A stretch of 64,000 nucleotides of DNA, from assembly GCA_038064835.1 (NCBI GenBank), contig JBBTSD010000001.1, positions 28,422 through 92,421 on the forward strand. Reading direction: 5' to 3'. The position numbers were made by a program, and so were the translations under genes. Positions 36,378 through 45,676 of the stretch are shown piece after piece. The first letter of the stretch is position 1; every line of letters starts with the position of its first letter. This stretch comes from Patescibacteria group bacterium (GTDB lineage Bacteria > Patescibacteriota > Minisyncoccia > Phycocordibacterales > UBA2100). The notes under the pieces were generated by a model. The model was given only the letters and a program-made list of their open reading frames with translations. It was not told the origin of the DNA and did no database searches.

Positions 36378-38639
36378 TTACGCCTCCTGTGTCAGTGTTT
36401 TAATGGCGTCCACTACCATGTGCTCGTTTGGCAAACGGTAGTTCTCAAGCACCAGATGCGCAGGAATGGGTGAATTCAGTGCGGCAATACGCTTGATGCG
36501 TCCGCGAAGTTCGTAGAATGCTTCATCTTCAGCAATTGATGCAGAAATTTCTGCACCGAATCCCATAAACCGCGAGTCTTCGTGGAGAACAACCAAGCGA
36601 CCGGTCTTTCGCACTGATGCGAGGACGGTTTCTTTGTCCCACGGATTCAGAATACGCAGATCGATAACCTCCACGCTGATATCGTTTTGTGTTGCGAGTG
36701 TTTCTGCACTCGAAAGTGCCAGCTGGAGCATCTTGGGTCCGTATGTTACGAGGGTTACATCTTCTCCTTCGCGCCGCACAATGGCGGTGAATGGAGTGAA
36801 GTATTCGCCTTCGGGTACCGTACCTGCGACCCCGTAGAAACTCATTTCTTCCAAGAAGGCAACCATGTCTGGATCTCGAACGGCGCTTTTCAGAAGACCT
36901 TTCGCATCTTCGGGAGTTGCTGGTACCACTACTTTGATGCCGAGCGCTTTTAAGAGCCAAGTTTCCACCCAGTTCTCGTGATAGTGGTTTGACTGTGGTG
37001 CATAGCCCACGGGGCCACGCATCACGCCAGGAATACCCACACGATTCATGAAGGGTCGCGTTGCCGCGATGGTGAGCAAGGGGCTTGGGCCAGCGAGGAA
37101 AAAGTTCCAAAACTGGTATTCGCCAATCACTCGTCCACCAACAAGTCCCGCGCCGACAACAAATCCGCCAATCGCCGCTTCGTCAAGTGGTGTGTTATGG
37201 AGACGTCCCCGCCACTCCGTGAGGAGGGGGGCGGTCACTTCAAACACACCACCACCAGGGAAACCGACATCCTCGCCAATCATGTGGAGGAGTGGGTCAT
37301 GCGCGAATTCTTCGCGCAATGCCGATTGCAAGGCTTCTTTGAATGTCATACGACGGGTTGGCCCATGCGCAGGGTGTGCCTGCGCAAGCGCCGCGACCGT
37401 TGTGTTTGCGGGTTCCATCAATGTGGAACGATAGTTCTCGGGTGTTGGTTCCGGATCGAGCAACGCCTTTTGGTGGGCGTCCTCAACGCGTCTCTTCACA
37501 GTGTCGCGCAGTTCGGCATAGGCGTTTGCGCCAACATAACCGAGCTCTTCACATGCCATGCGCGTTTTGAAGAGCGGATCGCTTTCGCGTCCCATCCATA
37601 TCCCCAAAAATGCAGGATCGTACAAGTGCTTCAGATAGTCGGTGCGCTCGGTGCGATTGTGGCCGCTCCGGCGAAAGGTGACAGCGTTTATGAGCGCAGG
37701 ATGGTTTGCGTGTCGTGCAAAATCCAATAAGAACCAGGTGCCCAGATACATCTCGAATGCGTTGTCACCATCGAGTGTGAGCATGGGCATTTCATACGCG
37801 ACTGCTCGGTTTGAGAGGTCGATACCTCCGTACTCTTCGCGGGGTGGTGTACGGAGTGAAATTTGGTTGTTGTGAATCGCAAACACGACAGGTAGTTGCC
37901 ATGACTTGGCAAACTGCATACCGGCATGCGCCAGTCCGTTGGTCGACGCACCATCACCAATGATCGCCACACCAGCGATGCGTTTGTCTGGCGCAAGTGG
38001 TGTTCTCTCGTGATGCTCCTCGAAACGATTACGATACCAGGTTGCGCCGTTAATGAGTACAGCGGCCATTGCCATATCAGAGGCGAGGAAGCCAAGATCG
38101 TTTCGTTTCAAATCTCCAAAGTGAAGATTCGGATCGTAGCCTCCGGTCGGGCTTGTTGCGCGCATGAGATGCATGGTCCACAAATCGTAGACAGGCATCC
38201 CCCGTGCAAGCGCTGCAGATGCATTGCGATGATCGCGAGCAAGTATGTCGCCCGCACGCATTGCGTGTCCGATACCACTACCCACGGCTTCTTGCCCAAA
38301 GTTGTCGAGCAATGCCCCTTTGAATTCGCCAGCACGATAGCTAGCAAGAACGCTCTCGTTGAAGAGTCGATTCTCAAGCACGGTCGTCAAAAGTGCACGA
38401 CCGAGATTTTCATCGCACAAAGCTATGTGTGCATGCAACCGTTCAAGGCTCTCTTTGAGCAGTGTGAGATACTCGGGGCGGTCCTTCCATGAGCGGTAGC
38501 GATTTTTCGCAACACTGACAAACTCGGCCATCTGGCATTCGAATGTGTGCGCTATTTTCTCTAGCATGACTCTTGTCCTTTGTTGACAATGTTCAGCTTC
38601 TGCATCATTTCTACTCGCTTCCAAAATATGCGCAAGCAA
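36378..38639 (-). CDS. Fused E1 alpha+beta subunit of a pyruvate/2-oxoacid dehydrogenase (TPP-dependent)
   Basis: The alpha part has the TPP motif GDGASTNG; the beta/transketolase-like C-terminal part is (MIGEDVGFPGGGVFEVT...). It is 753 aa and lies immediately upstream of E2 in the same operon. Confidence 0.8.
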   Translation of the reverse strand: MLAHILEASRNDAEAEHCQQRTRVMLEKIAHTFECQMAEFVSVAKNRYRSWKDRPEYLTLLKESLERLHAHIALCDENLGRALLTTVLENRLFNESVLASYRAGEFKGALLDNFGQEAVGSGIGHAMRAGDILARDHRNASAALARGMPVYDLWTMHLMRATSPTGGYDPNLHFGDLKRNDLGFLASDMAMAAVLINGATWYRNRFEEHHERTPLAPDKRIAGVAIIGDGASTNGLAHAGMQFAKSWQLPVVFAIHNNQISLRTPPREEYGGIDLSNRAVAYEMPMLTLDGDNAFEMYLGTWFLLDFARHANHPALINAVTFRRSGHNRTERTDYLKHLYDPAFLGIWMGRESDPLFKTRMACEELGYVGANAYAELRDTVKRRVEDAHQKALLDPEPTPENYRSTLMEPANTTVAALAQAHPAHGPTRRMTFKEALQSALREEFAHDPLLHMIGEDVGFPGGGVFEVTAPLLTEWRGRLHNTPLDEAAIGGFVVGAGLVGGRVIGEYQFWNFFLAGPSPLLTIAATRPFMNRVGIPGVMRGPVGYAPQSNHYHENWVETWLLKALGIKVVVPATPEDAKGLLKSAVRDPDMVAFLEEMSFYGVAGTVPEGEYFTPFTAIVRREGEDVTLVTYGPKMLQLALSSAETLATQNDISVEVIDLRILNPWDKETVLASVRKTGRLVVLHEDSRFMGFGAEISASIAEDEAFYELRGRIKRIAALNSPIPAHLVLENYRLPNEHMVVDAIKTLTQEA

Positions 38640-38670
38640 AAGGAGATTGGACAGTCAGTGCGCTCACTCA

Positions 38671-38709
38671 CCCCTGTAAGATGTTCGACTTCGTAAGTCG
38701 AACACGGGG
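38671..38709. promoter_or_regulatory. Palindromic element (CCCCTGT-aag-A-TGTTCGACTT-cgt-AAGTCGAACA-CGGGG) in the divergent E1/flotillin intergenic region
   Basis: A 10-bp perfect inner stem with an outer CCCC/GGGG extension; its core is related to the hairpin at 32672-32706. Confidence 0.4.
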
Positions 38710-38840
38710 ACAATTCTGTGCAATTACACAGTAGGGAAAAAGTGCACGAACGACCCATTGACAAATAACAAAAATGTCCTAGTATCAAATAAGCTCCGCA
38801 CAGGTGCGGATGCTCTCTGAGAAAGAGAAGGGAAAGAAGA

Positions 38841-40202
38841 ATGACCTCCATTTTGACTACTGGCGCCATGGTGCTGGTACCGCTTGCCATCGTGGCAGCG
38901 ATACTGCTCATTGCGATGATGTTCCGCACGGTGGTCGAGACCAATCGGGTCCACATCGTGCAATCACGAAAACAGACCATTTCCTATGGAACTGGTCAAG
39001 CGGCCGGGAATGTGTACTACAACTGGCCGAGCAAGTTTCCGGTCATCGGCATCACGCGCATTATCTTGCCCGTGAGCAACTTTGATCTGCCACTTCATCA
39101 GTACAAGGCATACGACAAAGACCGCGTGCCGTTCGAGCTCGATGTCGTCGCGTTCTTCCGCATCAAGGATACGAATCATGCGGCCGAACGCGTTTCGAAC
39201 TTCGATGATCTCAAGCATCAGCTTCTGGCAATCGTCCAGGGCGCGGTGCGAAAGATTCTCGCTTCGCACGACATCAACCAGATCATGGTGGATCGTGCAA
39301 CTTTCGGCCAGCAGTTCACGGTCGAAGTGGCAACCGAACTTGCTAATTGGGGCGTCGAGCCAGTAAAGAACATGGAGCTGATGGATATCCGCGATGCGGA
39401 CGGCTCCGCTGTCATTGCCAACATCATGGCAATGAAGGCGTCTCACATTGAAATGTCGTCCCGGACTGAAGTCGCTCGCAACAAGCAAGAAGCCGAGACC
39501 GCCGAGATCAATGCTCGGCAGGTTGTCGAGGTTCGCCGGCAACACGCCGAACAGGCGGTTGGCGAGCGGACAGCAGAAAAAGACAAGGCAGTTGGCATCG
39601 CAACGCAAAAGGCGGCGCAGGAAGTGAAGGTCGAAGAGGCCGCTACTCGCGAAAAGGAAATGATTGTCATCCGCGTCCAGCAGGTCAGGCAAGCTGAGAT
39701 CACCCGAGATCAGCAAGTTGTGGCGGCCGAGCAGGACCGACAGACGCGCGTCATCATGGCCGAGGGCAACCTCGAAGCCACTAAGCGGCATGCCGAAGGT
39801 GTTCGCCTCGAAGGCGAGGCCAAGGGCGCTGCCGAACAGGCCATGCAGATGGCTCCGGTCAATGCGCAGATCGCGCTTGCCGAGAAAATCGCCGAGTTGG
39901 AAGGCTATCAGCAGTATCTGACGGCAATCAAGGCTATCGAGGCGCATGTTGCCGTCGGTAGCAAGCAGGCCGAAGCGTTGAAAGCGGCTGATATCAAGGT
40001 CATCGCCAACACAGGGAAGCCCACCGAAGGTGTGAGCAGTGTCATGGACCTGTTCACCTCGAAGGGAGGCACCGATGTTGCCGCGATGGTTGAGGCAGTG
40101 GCACAGAGCCCCTTGGGCAAGGCGGCATTGGAGAAGCTGGGCATCGTTGCTCAGACCCCCGAGAAGCGCGCGTCTACCGGCAACGGTCAGGCGCACAGCT
40201 AA
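38841..40202 (+). CDS. Flotillin-like SPFH protein (YqiK/FloT family)
   Basis: N-terminal TM, band-7 domain, long Ala/Glu-rich coiled-coil region (AEQAVGERTAEKDKAVGIATQKAAQEVKVEEA...). Confidence 0.75.
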   Translation: MTSILTTGAMVLVPLAIVAAILLIAMMFRTVVETNRVHIVQSRKQTISYGTGQAAGNVYYNWPSKFPVIGITRIILPVSNFDLPLHQYKAYDKDRVPFELDVVAFFRIKDTNHAAERVSNFDDLKHQLLAIVQGAVRKILASHDINQIMVDRATFGQQFTVEVATELANWGVEPVKNMELMDIRDADGSAVIANIMAMKASHIEMSSRTEVARNKQEAETAEINARQVVEVRRQHAEQAVGERTAEKDKAVGIATQKAAQEVKVEEAATREKEMIVIRVQQVRQAEITRDQQVVAAEQDRQTRVIMAEGNLEATKRHAEGVRLEGEAKGAAEQAMQMAPVNAQIALAEKIAELEGYQQYLTAIKAIEAHVAVGSKQAEALKAADIKVIANTGKPTEGVSSVMDLFTSKGGTDVAAMVEAVAQSPLGKAALEKLGIVAQTPEKRASTGNGQAHS

Positions 40203-40278
40203 TCTTTGAGAACAGTTTTTGAAGCGGGCGCCACAAGCGCCCGCTTTTCTTTTTTCGCACAGTGCGTATCATGTCTTT

Positions 40279-40611
40279 ATGGAAAACACACAAGCACCAA
40301 TCGAAAAAAAGCAGGGAGCACTTGGAGGATTCATGCAGTTTATTCGCGAGCAAGGAGTGGTAGGACTCGCCGTAGGTTTTATTTTAGGAGGCGCTGTTTC
40401 AAAAGTCGTGTCTTCCCTCGTGCAAGACATTATCAATCCGTTGCTGGGTATGGTGCTTGGTTCGACTGAAAGTCTCGCCGGAATGGCAATCGGACCCGTA
40501 AAACTCGGTGCATTCGTCGGTGTGATGATTGACTTCGTGATTGTCGCGGCCGTTATCTATTTCGTCTTCAAACAACTCGGTTTTGACAAGATGGACAAGA
40601 AAAAAGCCTAA
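40279..40611 (+). CDS. mscL: Large-conductance mechanosensitive channel MscL
   Basis: FMQFIREQGVVGLAVGFILGGAVSKVVSSLVQDIINPLLG...; the likely ATG is at 40279 within the ORF that opens at 40219. Confidence 0.85.
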   Translation: MENTQAPIEKKQGALGGFMQFIREQGVVGLAVGFILGGAVSKVVSSLVQDIINPLLGMVLGSTESLAGMAIGPVKLGAFVGVMIDFVIVAAVIYFVFKQLGFDKMDKKKA

Positions 40612-41255
40612 TGAAACGATCTCGCATCGCTTGCATTATCTTTGATTTAGACCGGTGTATTTTTGACACCAGTTCCATGGGGCCAGAGGTGCTGGAGCCG
40701 ATACGAAAAGTAATCCGAGAGTCAAATCTTTCAGACACATGTAAAACCCAAGCGCAGGATTTATTACTCACCACCTCGCTCACTGATCTTGCTTGTGCTT
40801 GCGAGATTCCTGAATCAGTCGTTTCACAGATGCGCGCCGCGTATCGTTCCATGACGGTTCCGGCGCAAGCTCGTTCGTATGGAGATGAACAAGTGATAGC
40901 CCAACTGCCAGGTGAGAAAATTTTGGTGACCACTGGATTCGAACGGTTCCAGCGAGAAAAGATTGCACATACAGGTGTCACACGATTGTTCAGCATGATT
41001 GTCATTGACGCAGTGGACGATGTATCGATTCGGAAAGGAAAAGAAAAAATTTTCAGCAATCTGGCGCACGAACGAGCGCTTCCCATGGAAGCGATATGTG
41101 TGGTGGGTGATAGTCCTGATTCGGAGTTGGGTGCAGGAAAACGCTTGGGGATGGTCACGGTGCAGACACTTCGCCCAGGCGTTGTGCCGTGGGACGGTGC
41201 TGATTACCGCATCCAGAATCTGAGAGAATTGACGACAATTATTGAGGGTGCGTAA
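40611..41255 (+). CDS. HAD-superfamily hydrolase
   Basis: N-terminal IIFDLDRCIFDT (motif I-like) and C-terminal VVGDSPDSELGAGKRLGM (motif IV-like). Confidence 0.55.
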   Translation: MKRSRIACIIFDLDRCIFDTSSMGPEVLEPIRKVIRESNLSDTCKTQAQDLLLTTSLTDLACACEIPESVVSQMRAAYRSMTVPAQARSYGDEQVIAQLPGEKILVTTGFERFQREKIAHTGVTRLFSMIVIDAVDDVSIRKGKEKIFSNLAHERALPMEAICVVGDSPDSELGAGKRLGMVTVQTLRPGVVPWDGADYRIQNLRELTTIIEGA

Positions 41256-41288
41256 GATGTCCATCGAGCGTGTCTTTGGTAGGCTCTG

Positions 41289-42761
41289 TTGATGTTTGTT
41301 GGCGCGCTACTTGGTTTTGTGGTGGGGATTGGTCTTGGCGAGATTACTCCGGCCGGCTTTGCAGGGGCAACCGCACTCATGGCAATGGGTGCTTTTTTAG
41401 CATGGATACCAGTCATGTGGCGTGTGCGTATCATCTGTGTTGGATTCTGTATCGGGTGTGCGTTCGGAATCATGCGTACCTCGCTCGTCAGTCCCTCTGC
41501 CGATGTAACTCTAGACTCTTTTGTAAGTGAACGAATTGTGATAACGGGACGCGTTGTCGATGAGCCGGACAAGCGGGACCAGGCAACACTGATTACTGTC
41601 TTGCCAACGATAGTGCGTGTGGGGGATCAGGAGTTGAATGTTGAATCTGGAGTGCGTGTGTTGGCAAAACTACCGCGCGACAGCGAAGTGTTCTACGCTG
41701 ACACTGTGACTGTGCGCGGCCGATTGGCATTACCAAAAGCGTTTGAAACTGATGGGGGTAGATTTTTTGACTATCCAGGATATTTACAGACACGAGGGAT
41801 CGGGTATGTGCTTGAGTGGGCACAACTTGTAGAAGTGAATGATGGTGGATTTACTGCGCGCGGATTTCTTTTTTCAGCAAAGCGGTGGTATGTGGAGGGG
41901 TTGGGCGCAGCTCTTCCCGAACCGTATGCGTCGCTTGCAGGGGGTATTACAGTGGGCGACAAGCGATCTGTTGGCGAAGATCTATCAGAAGTATTTCGTG
42001 CCACCGGCCTCTCACACATCATCGTGCTTTCAGGGTACAACATCACTGTCGTAGTCACGGCACTCTTGTCCGCACTCGCATCACTTTCAATTCGAAATCG
42101 CTCGGTGGTTGGTGTCTTGGTCATTCTCGCATTCATTATGATGACGGGAGCGAGTGCGAGTGGTGTGCGCGCCGGCATCATGGCGTCAGTAGTGCTTTTG
42201 GCGGGGATATTGCATCGCCGATATGCCGCCTCGCGCGCGTTGCTGTGCGCCACTACAGTGATGCTTGTGTGGAACCCGCTTCTGCTACTTCATGACCCCG
42301 GTTTCCAATTGAGCATTGTAGCAACGGTCGGTGTCATATGGGGCACGCCTCTCGCAGAAAAATTACTGCGATGGACTACTGTGCGGTGGGGTATGCGCGA
42401 AATTCTTGCAAGCACGATTGCGGCACAGGTAGTCGTGTTGCCACTACTCTTGTACCAAAACGGTTTGTTTTCAGTCCTGTCGTTTCCGGCGAATGCCCTG
42501 GTGCTCCCTTTTGTGCCTGTGGCAATGGCCGCATCGTTTGTGGCTGGTATTGTGGCGGCAGTGAGCGCGCCATTAGGAATCATTGTTGGATTGCCAGCAT
42601 ATCTACTACTTTTGTACATGGTACACATTGCTGAAACACTCGCCTCGTTTTCGTTTGCGACGGTAACCTTTCCATCTTTCAGCATAGCAGTACTCTTTTG
42701 TGTATATAGTGTGATGGCAGGGGCTTTTCTATGGCATGAGAAAAACCGCACGGAGTGTTAG
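41289..42761 (+). CDS. comEC: ComEC/Rec2 N-terminal and transmembrane competence-domain part (no beta-lactamase domain in this ORF)
   Basis: DUF4131-like N-terminus and competence domain (DKRSVGEDLSEVFRATGLSHIIVLSGYNITVV), polytopic. Confidence 0.7.
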   Translation: MMFVGALLGFVVGIGLGEITPAGFAGATALMAMGAFLAWIPVMWRVRIICVGFCIGCAFGIMRTSLVSPSADVTLDSFVSERIVITGRVVDEPDKRDQATLITVLPTIVRVGDQELNVESGVRVLAKLPRDSEVFYADTVTVRGRLALPKAFETDGGRFFDYPGYLQTRGIGYVLEWAQLVEVNDGGFTARGFLFSAKRWYVEGLGAALPEPYASLAGGITVGDKRSVGEDLSEVFRATGLSHIIVLSGYNITVVVTALLSALASLSIRNRSVVGVLVILAFIMMTGASASGVRAGIMASVVLLAGILHRRYAASRALLCATTVMLVWNPLLLLHDPGFQLSIVATVGVIWGTPLAEKLLRWTTVRWGMREILASTIAAQVVVLPLLLYQNGLFSVLSFPANALVLPFVPVAMAASFVAGIVAAVSAPLGIIVGLPAYLLLLYMVHIAETLASFSFATVTFPSFSIAVLFCVYSVMAGAFLWHEKNRTEC

Positions 42762-43357
42762 TGTCCGATAGCTGAAAAACGCTCTTCTATCTTTTTCCAA
42801 TTAAGATTTTTTAAGAATGCGTCGATATGCTTTGCTTTTTCGGCTGGCACATGGTCCACCATGTAGGCATGTTCCCACATGTCCATGGCAAGGAGCACTT
42901 TCACATCAGCAAGCGTACCGAGCTCATGGTCTACTGTCCACCATATGTGGGGTGTTTTTCCTTTTTCATCCCATGCAAGTGTGCACCAACCACTTCCGCG
43001 ACTCATGCCAACTTTTTTAAAGTGCGCAATAAACGCATCCCACGATCCATATTTTTCCGTAAGTGCTATACCTAGTGTCGATTCGCGCGGCTCTGGTGTC
43101 GCGGCACCTTCAAATTGTGGAAAGTAAAACTCGTGCATGCGCATACCGTTGAATTCAAAACCAAGGCGCCGCCTGCATGACTCGATGGCAAATGCGTACT
43201 TCTCCGCGTCTTGCTTGGTGAGGTCGGAAATTTGTTCCCGAAGGATATTGATGTGCTTTACATAGCCCTGATAGAGACCAAGGTGCACATCAATCTGTTT
43301 TTGCGAGATGCCATCGAGTGCAGGAATCGCAAAAGGTATTGCTTCGTAGGTATGCAT
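42758..43357 (-). CDS. Fe/Mn superoxide dismutase
   Basis: Full-length match to the Fe/Mn-SOD pattern, including DMWEHAYMVD; its 3' end overlaps the comEC-N stop by 4 nt (convergent). Confidence 0.9.
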   Translation of the reverse strand: MHTYEAIPFAIPALDGISQKQIDVHLGLYQGYVKHINILREQISDLTKQDAEKYAFAIESCRRRLGFEFNGMRMHEFYFPQFEGAATPEPRESTLGIALTEKYGSWDAFIAHFKKVGMSRGSGWCTLAWDEKGKTPHIWWTVDHELGTLADVKVLLAMDMWEHAYMVDHVPAEKAKHIDAFLKNLNWKKIEERFSAIGH

Positions 43358-43404
43358 AGTGTGAATATTAGCTGAATAACAAAAGTGAGTATACCATCAC
43401 GCAC

Positions 43405-44253
43405 ATGAAGAAACGGCTATGGGTATCGTGGGCCTGTGTCGTGTTGGTCGCGCTTATCACCGTGACTATCCTCAGTATCTCTCGTGACAACGGGCGCTAC
43501 TTGCGCGTTTCTTTTCTCGATGTTGGGCAGGGAGATGCGATTTTTATCGAGTCTCCGACAGGATACCAGGTACTGATTGATGGGGGTCGCGACAGATCAG
43601 TGTTGCGCGAGCTTTCGCGCGAGATGCATTGGTATGATCGTTCAATCGACTTGGTGATCGCGACGCATCCCGACAGCGACCATATCAGTGGACTGAACGA
43701 CATACTTGATCGTTATCGTGTTGCCGAGATTTTTGATTCAGGAGTCGTGCATGATGCACCGGCGGCAATCTCGTTTCGAAAAAAATCCCAAGCCGAAGGT
43801 GCGCGAATGAGCGCCCCGTTGCGCGGGCAAGTTGTCGACATTGGTGGTGGCGCATACATCGAAATTTTGTTTCCCGATAGGCCGGTTCCACATCTTGAAA
43901 CAAATACCGCGTCGATTGTTGTACGCGTCGTGTACGGTGCGACTTCGTTTATGCTCACTGGAGATTCGCCACAAGTAATCGAAGAATATCTCGTCTATCT
44001 CGATGGTTCAGCATTACAAAGTACTGTGTTAAAAGCAGGACACCACGGATCACGGACATCGTCGTCACCGCAATTTGTGGCGACAGTCGCGCCTACATAC
44101 GCTGTGTATTCCCGAGGGTGCGACAACAGTTACGGGCATCCACATAAAGAGGTAGTAGCTATTTTTACTCAGATTGGTGTTCAAGTACGCGACACCTGTA
44201 CGGACTCGCGTGTAACATTTATATCCAACGGCTCGACCCTTATAGAACAATAG
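43405..44253 (+). CDS. ComEC-type metallo-beta-lactamase domain protein with its own N-terminal TM anchor
   Basis: VSFLDVGQGDAIFIESP...LVIATHPDSDHISGL...KAGHHGSRTSSS (MBL-fold motifs as in the ComEC C-terminus). Confidence 0.7.
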   Translation: MKKRLWVSWACVVLVALITVTILSISRDNGRYLRVSFLDVGQGDAIFIESPTGYQVLIDGGRDRSVLRELSREMHWYDRSIDLVIATHPDSDHISGLNDILDRYRVAEIFDSGVVHDAPAAISFRKKSQAEGARMSAPLRGQVVDIGGGAYIEILFPDRPVPHLETNTASIVVRVVYGATSFMLTGDSPQVIEEYLVYLDGSALQSTVLKAGHHGSRTSSSPQFVATVAPTYAVYSRGCDNSYGHPHKEVVAIFTQIGVQVRDTCTDSRVTFISNGSTLIEQ

Positions 44254-44325
44254 TTGACGAGATTTGTTGGCAAGAGCATAGTCGATGCAGTATCAAGGCA
44301 TTGAAAAACCAGAGAGGAGAATCAG

Positions 44326-45159
44326 GTGCGATTCATCTTGCGTCTGCTCGAGACCTTGCTTTTCCTAGTGTTTGCAGCAGGCTTCGCGTTTCTCACGCTT
44401 TCGGTGGTACTTCTCACCAACGATCGTGATCGCGAAGAGTCAGAAGACGGCTACGATCACTTTCTTACTGCGAATCTAAGGGTTGATGCGCCCTCATGGA
44501 GGCGATCGAGTCTTATGAAGACGCAAGTTGCCGGCAGCCAGATAGTGGTTCGCTGGCCGGGAAAGCTCGGCGAGGGGGCTACCGTTCGGTACCATTTTGT
44601 GGAAAAAATAACTGAGTTTCGTGGGACAGGGCCTGCAAGCTGTACTCGTATCGAACCCGTTACTCCAGAACGCGTTCGGGGAGTATCTGTTGAAATGTTT
44701 AAGGCAAAAATCGAAGACGCATTCAGACAGTGGTCGGCAGTGTCCGGCCTTGTGTTTACACAAGTTGATAGCCCTCAGGAAGCAGATCTTCTATTGGGCA
44801 TGTCTCCACTTGCGAACGGTTTGTCATATGTGCATCTTGGTGCTGCCGACTTCCTAATTGGCAACTCGCTTTTGGGAGAGCAGACTGTGTATGAGAAAGC
44901 CACGACTTGCTTTAGCTCAAAGATTTTTTGGGGGCATGGTTCGACGACATGGCGTCTCGGGTGGTCGGGGAATCTGGACGCGGTTTCTCTGCATGAGATT
45001 GGGCACACTATCGGACTCTTTCATACGCGACAACGAGACTCCGTGATGTGTGCAGGCAGTCATTGTTCGGAAGGAGTAGTGACTCTAGCAGTGGGAGATA
45101 TTGCTGCAGTTCAATATCTGTATGGCAAACCCAGAAGCGGGCGCACGGCACGCAAGTGA
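44326..45159 (+). CDS. Matrixin/astacin-like zinc metalloprotease (HExxHxxGxxH), membrane-anchored
   Basis: HEIGHTIGLFHTRQRDSVM; N-terminal TM helix; GTG start with a GAGGAG RBS. Confidence 0.6.
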   Translation: MRFILRLLETLLFLVFAAGFAFLTLSVVLLTNDRDREESEDGYDHFLTANLRVDAPSWRRSSLMKTQVAGSQIVVRWPGKLGEGATVRYHFVEKITEFRGTGPASCTRIEPVTPERVRGVSVEMFKAKIEDAFRQWSAVSGLVFTQVDSPQEADLLLGMSPLANGLSYVHLGAADFLIGNSLLGEQTVYEKATTCFSSKIFWGHGSTTWRLGWSGNLDAVSLHEIGHTIGLFHTRQRDSVMCAGSHCSEGVVTLAVGDIAAVQYLYGKPRSGRTARK

Positions 45160-45259
45160 TAGATGAGAAAAACCACGCTCCGGCGTGGTTTTTGTATAGT
45201 TGCTTTTTACGCCATATATGCTATAATGCAATTTGGGCAGGTGCTCGCAGGAGAGAAAA

Positions 45260-45607
45260 GTGACGAAAATCGCATACAGCCTGGTCATCGCTACGCTCGC
45301 GATGTGGGTCCTATTTCTCGTTGCGCCCGCAAAGGCGCAGACAACAGAGTGGCGCTACGAACGGCACTACCATGGGGAAACCTTCGGGAATCCTCATGGG
45401 TATCATGTGCGCCGGTATGGCTACCCGCTCGCGCTCCCGCGCAATTCCGGCTATGGACAATACCAGCGATACCCGACGCATCCGTCCTTCCGGCCCCCGG
45501 CTGAAGCGTGGCGTTCGGTTCCACGGTCCCATCAGCCGCGGCCCCACTGGTATGATCAAGGGCGCCCCTGCTGGCGCACCAGCAAGTACAATAGTTGGTG
45601 CCAGTAA
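45260..45607 (+). CDS. Small secreted His/Tyr/Arg/Pro-rich protein of unknown function
   Basis: Likely GTG start at 45260 after a GGAGAG RBS (the ORF opens at 45233); signal peptide SLVIATLAMWVLFLVAPAKAQ. Confidence 0.4.
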   Translation: MTKIAYSLVIATLAMWVLFLVAPAKAQTTEWRYERHYHGETFGNPHGYHVRRYGYPLALPRNSGYGQYQRYPTHPSFRPPAEAWRSVPRSHQPRPHWYDQGRPCWRTSKYNSWCQ

Positions 45608-45641
45608 GAAGGGGAAATAGAGCACGGTTTCAGAAAAAACA

Positions 45642-45665
45642 AAGGCCGCACTTTCGTGCGGCCTT
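45642..45665. terminator. Bidirectional rho-independent terminator (AAGGCCGCAC-tttc-GTGCGGCCTT) between convergent genes
   Basis: A 10-bp perfect GC-rich stem with an A-run before it and a T-rich tail after it. Confidence 0.6.
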
Positions 45666-45676
45666 CTTCCAATCCC

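Noticed and set aside
44254-44325. TTGACG …TATCAA promoter-like hexamers upstream of the metalloprotease gene
   Set aside because: The spacer is ~30 nt, far from the 16-18 nt optimum.
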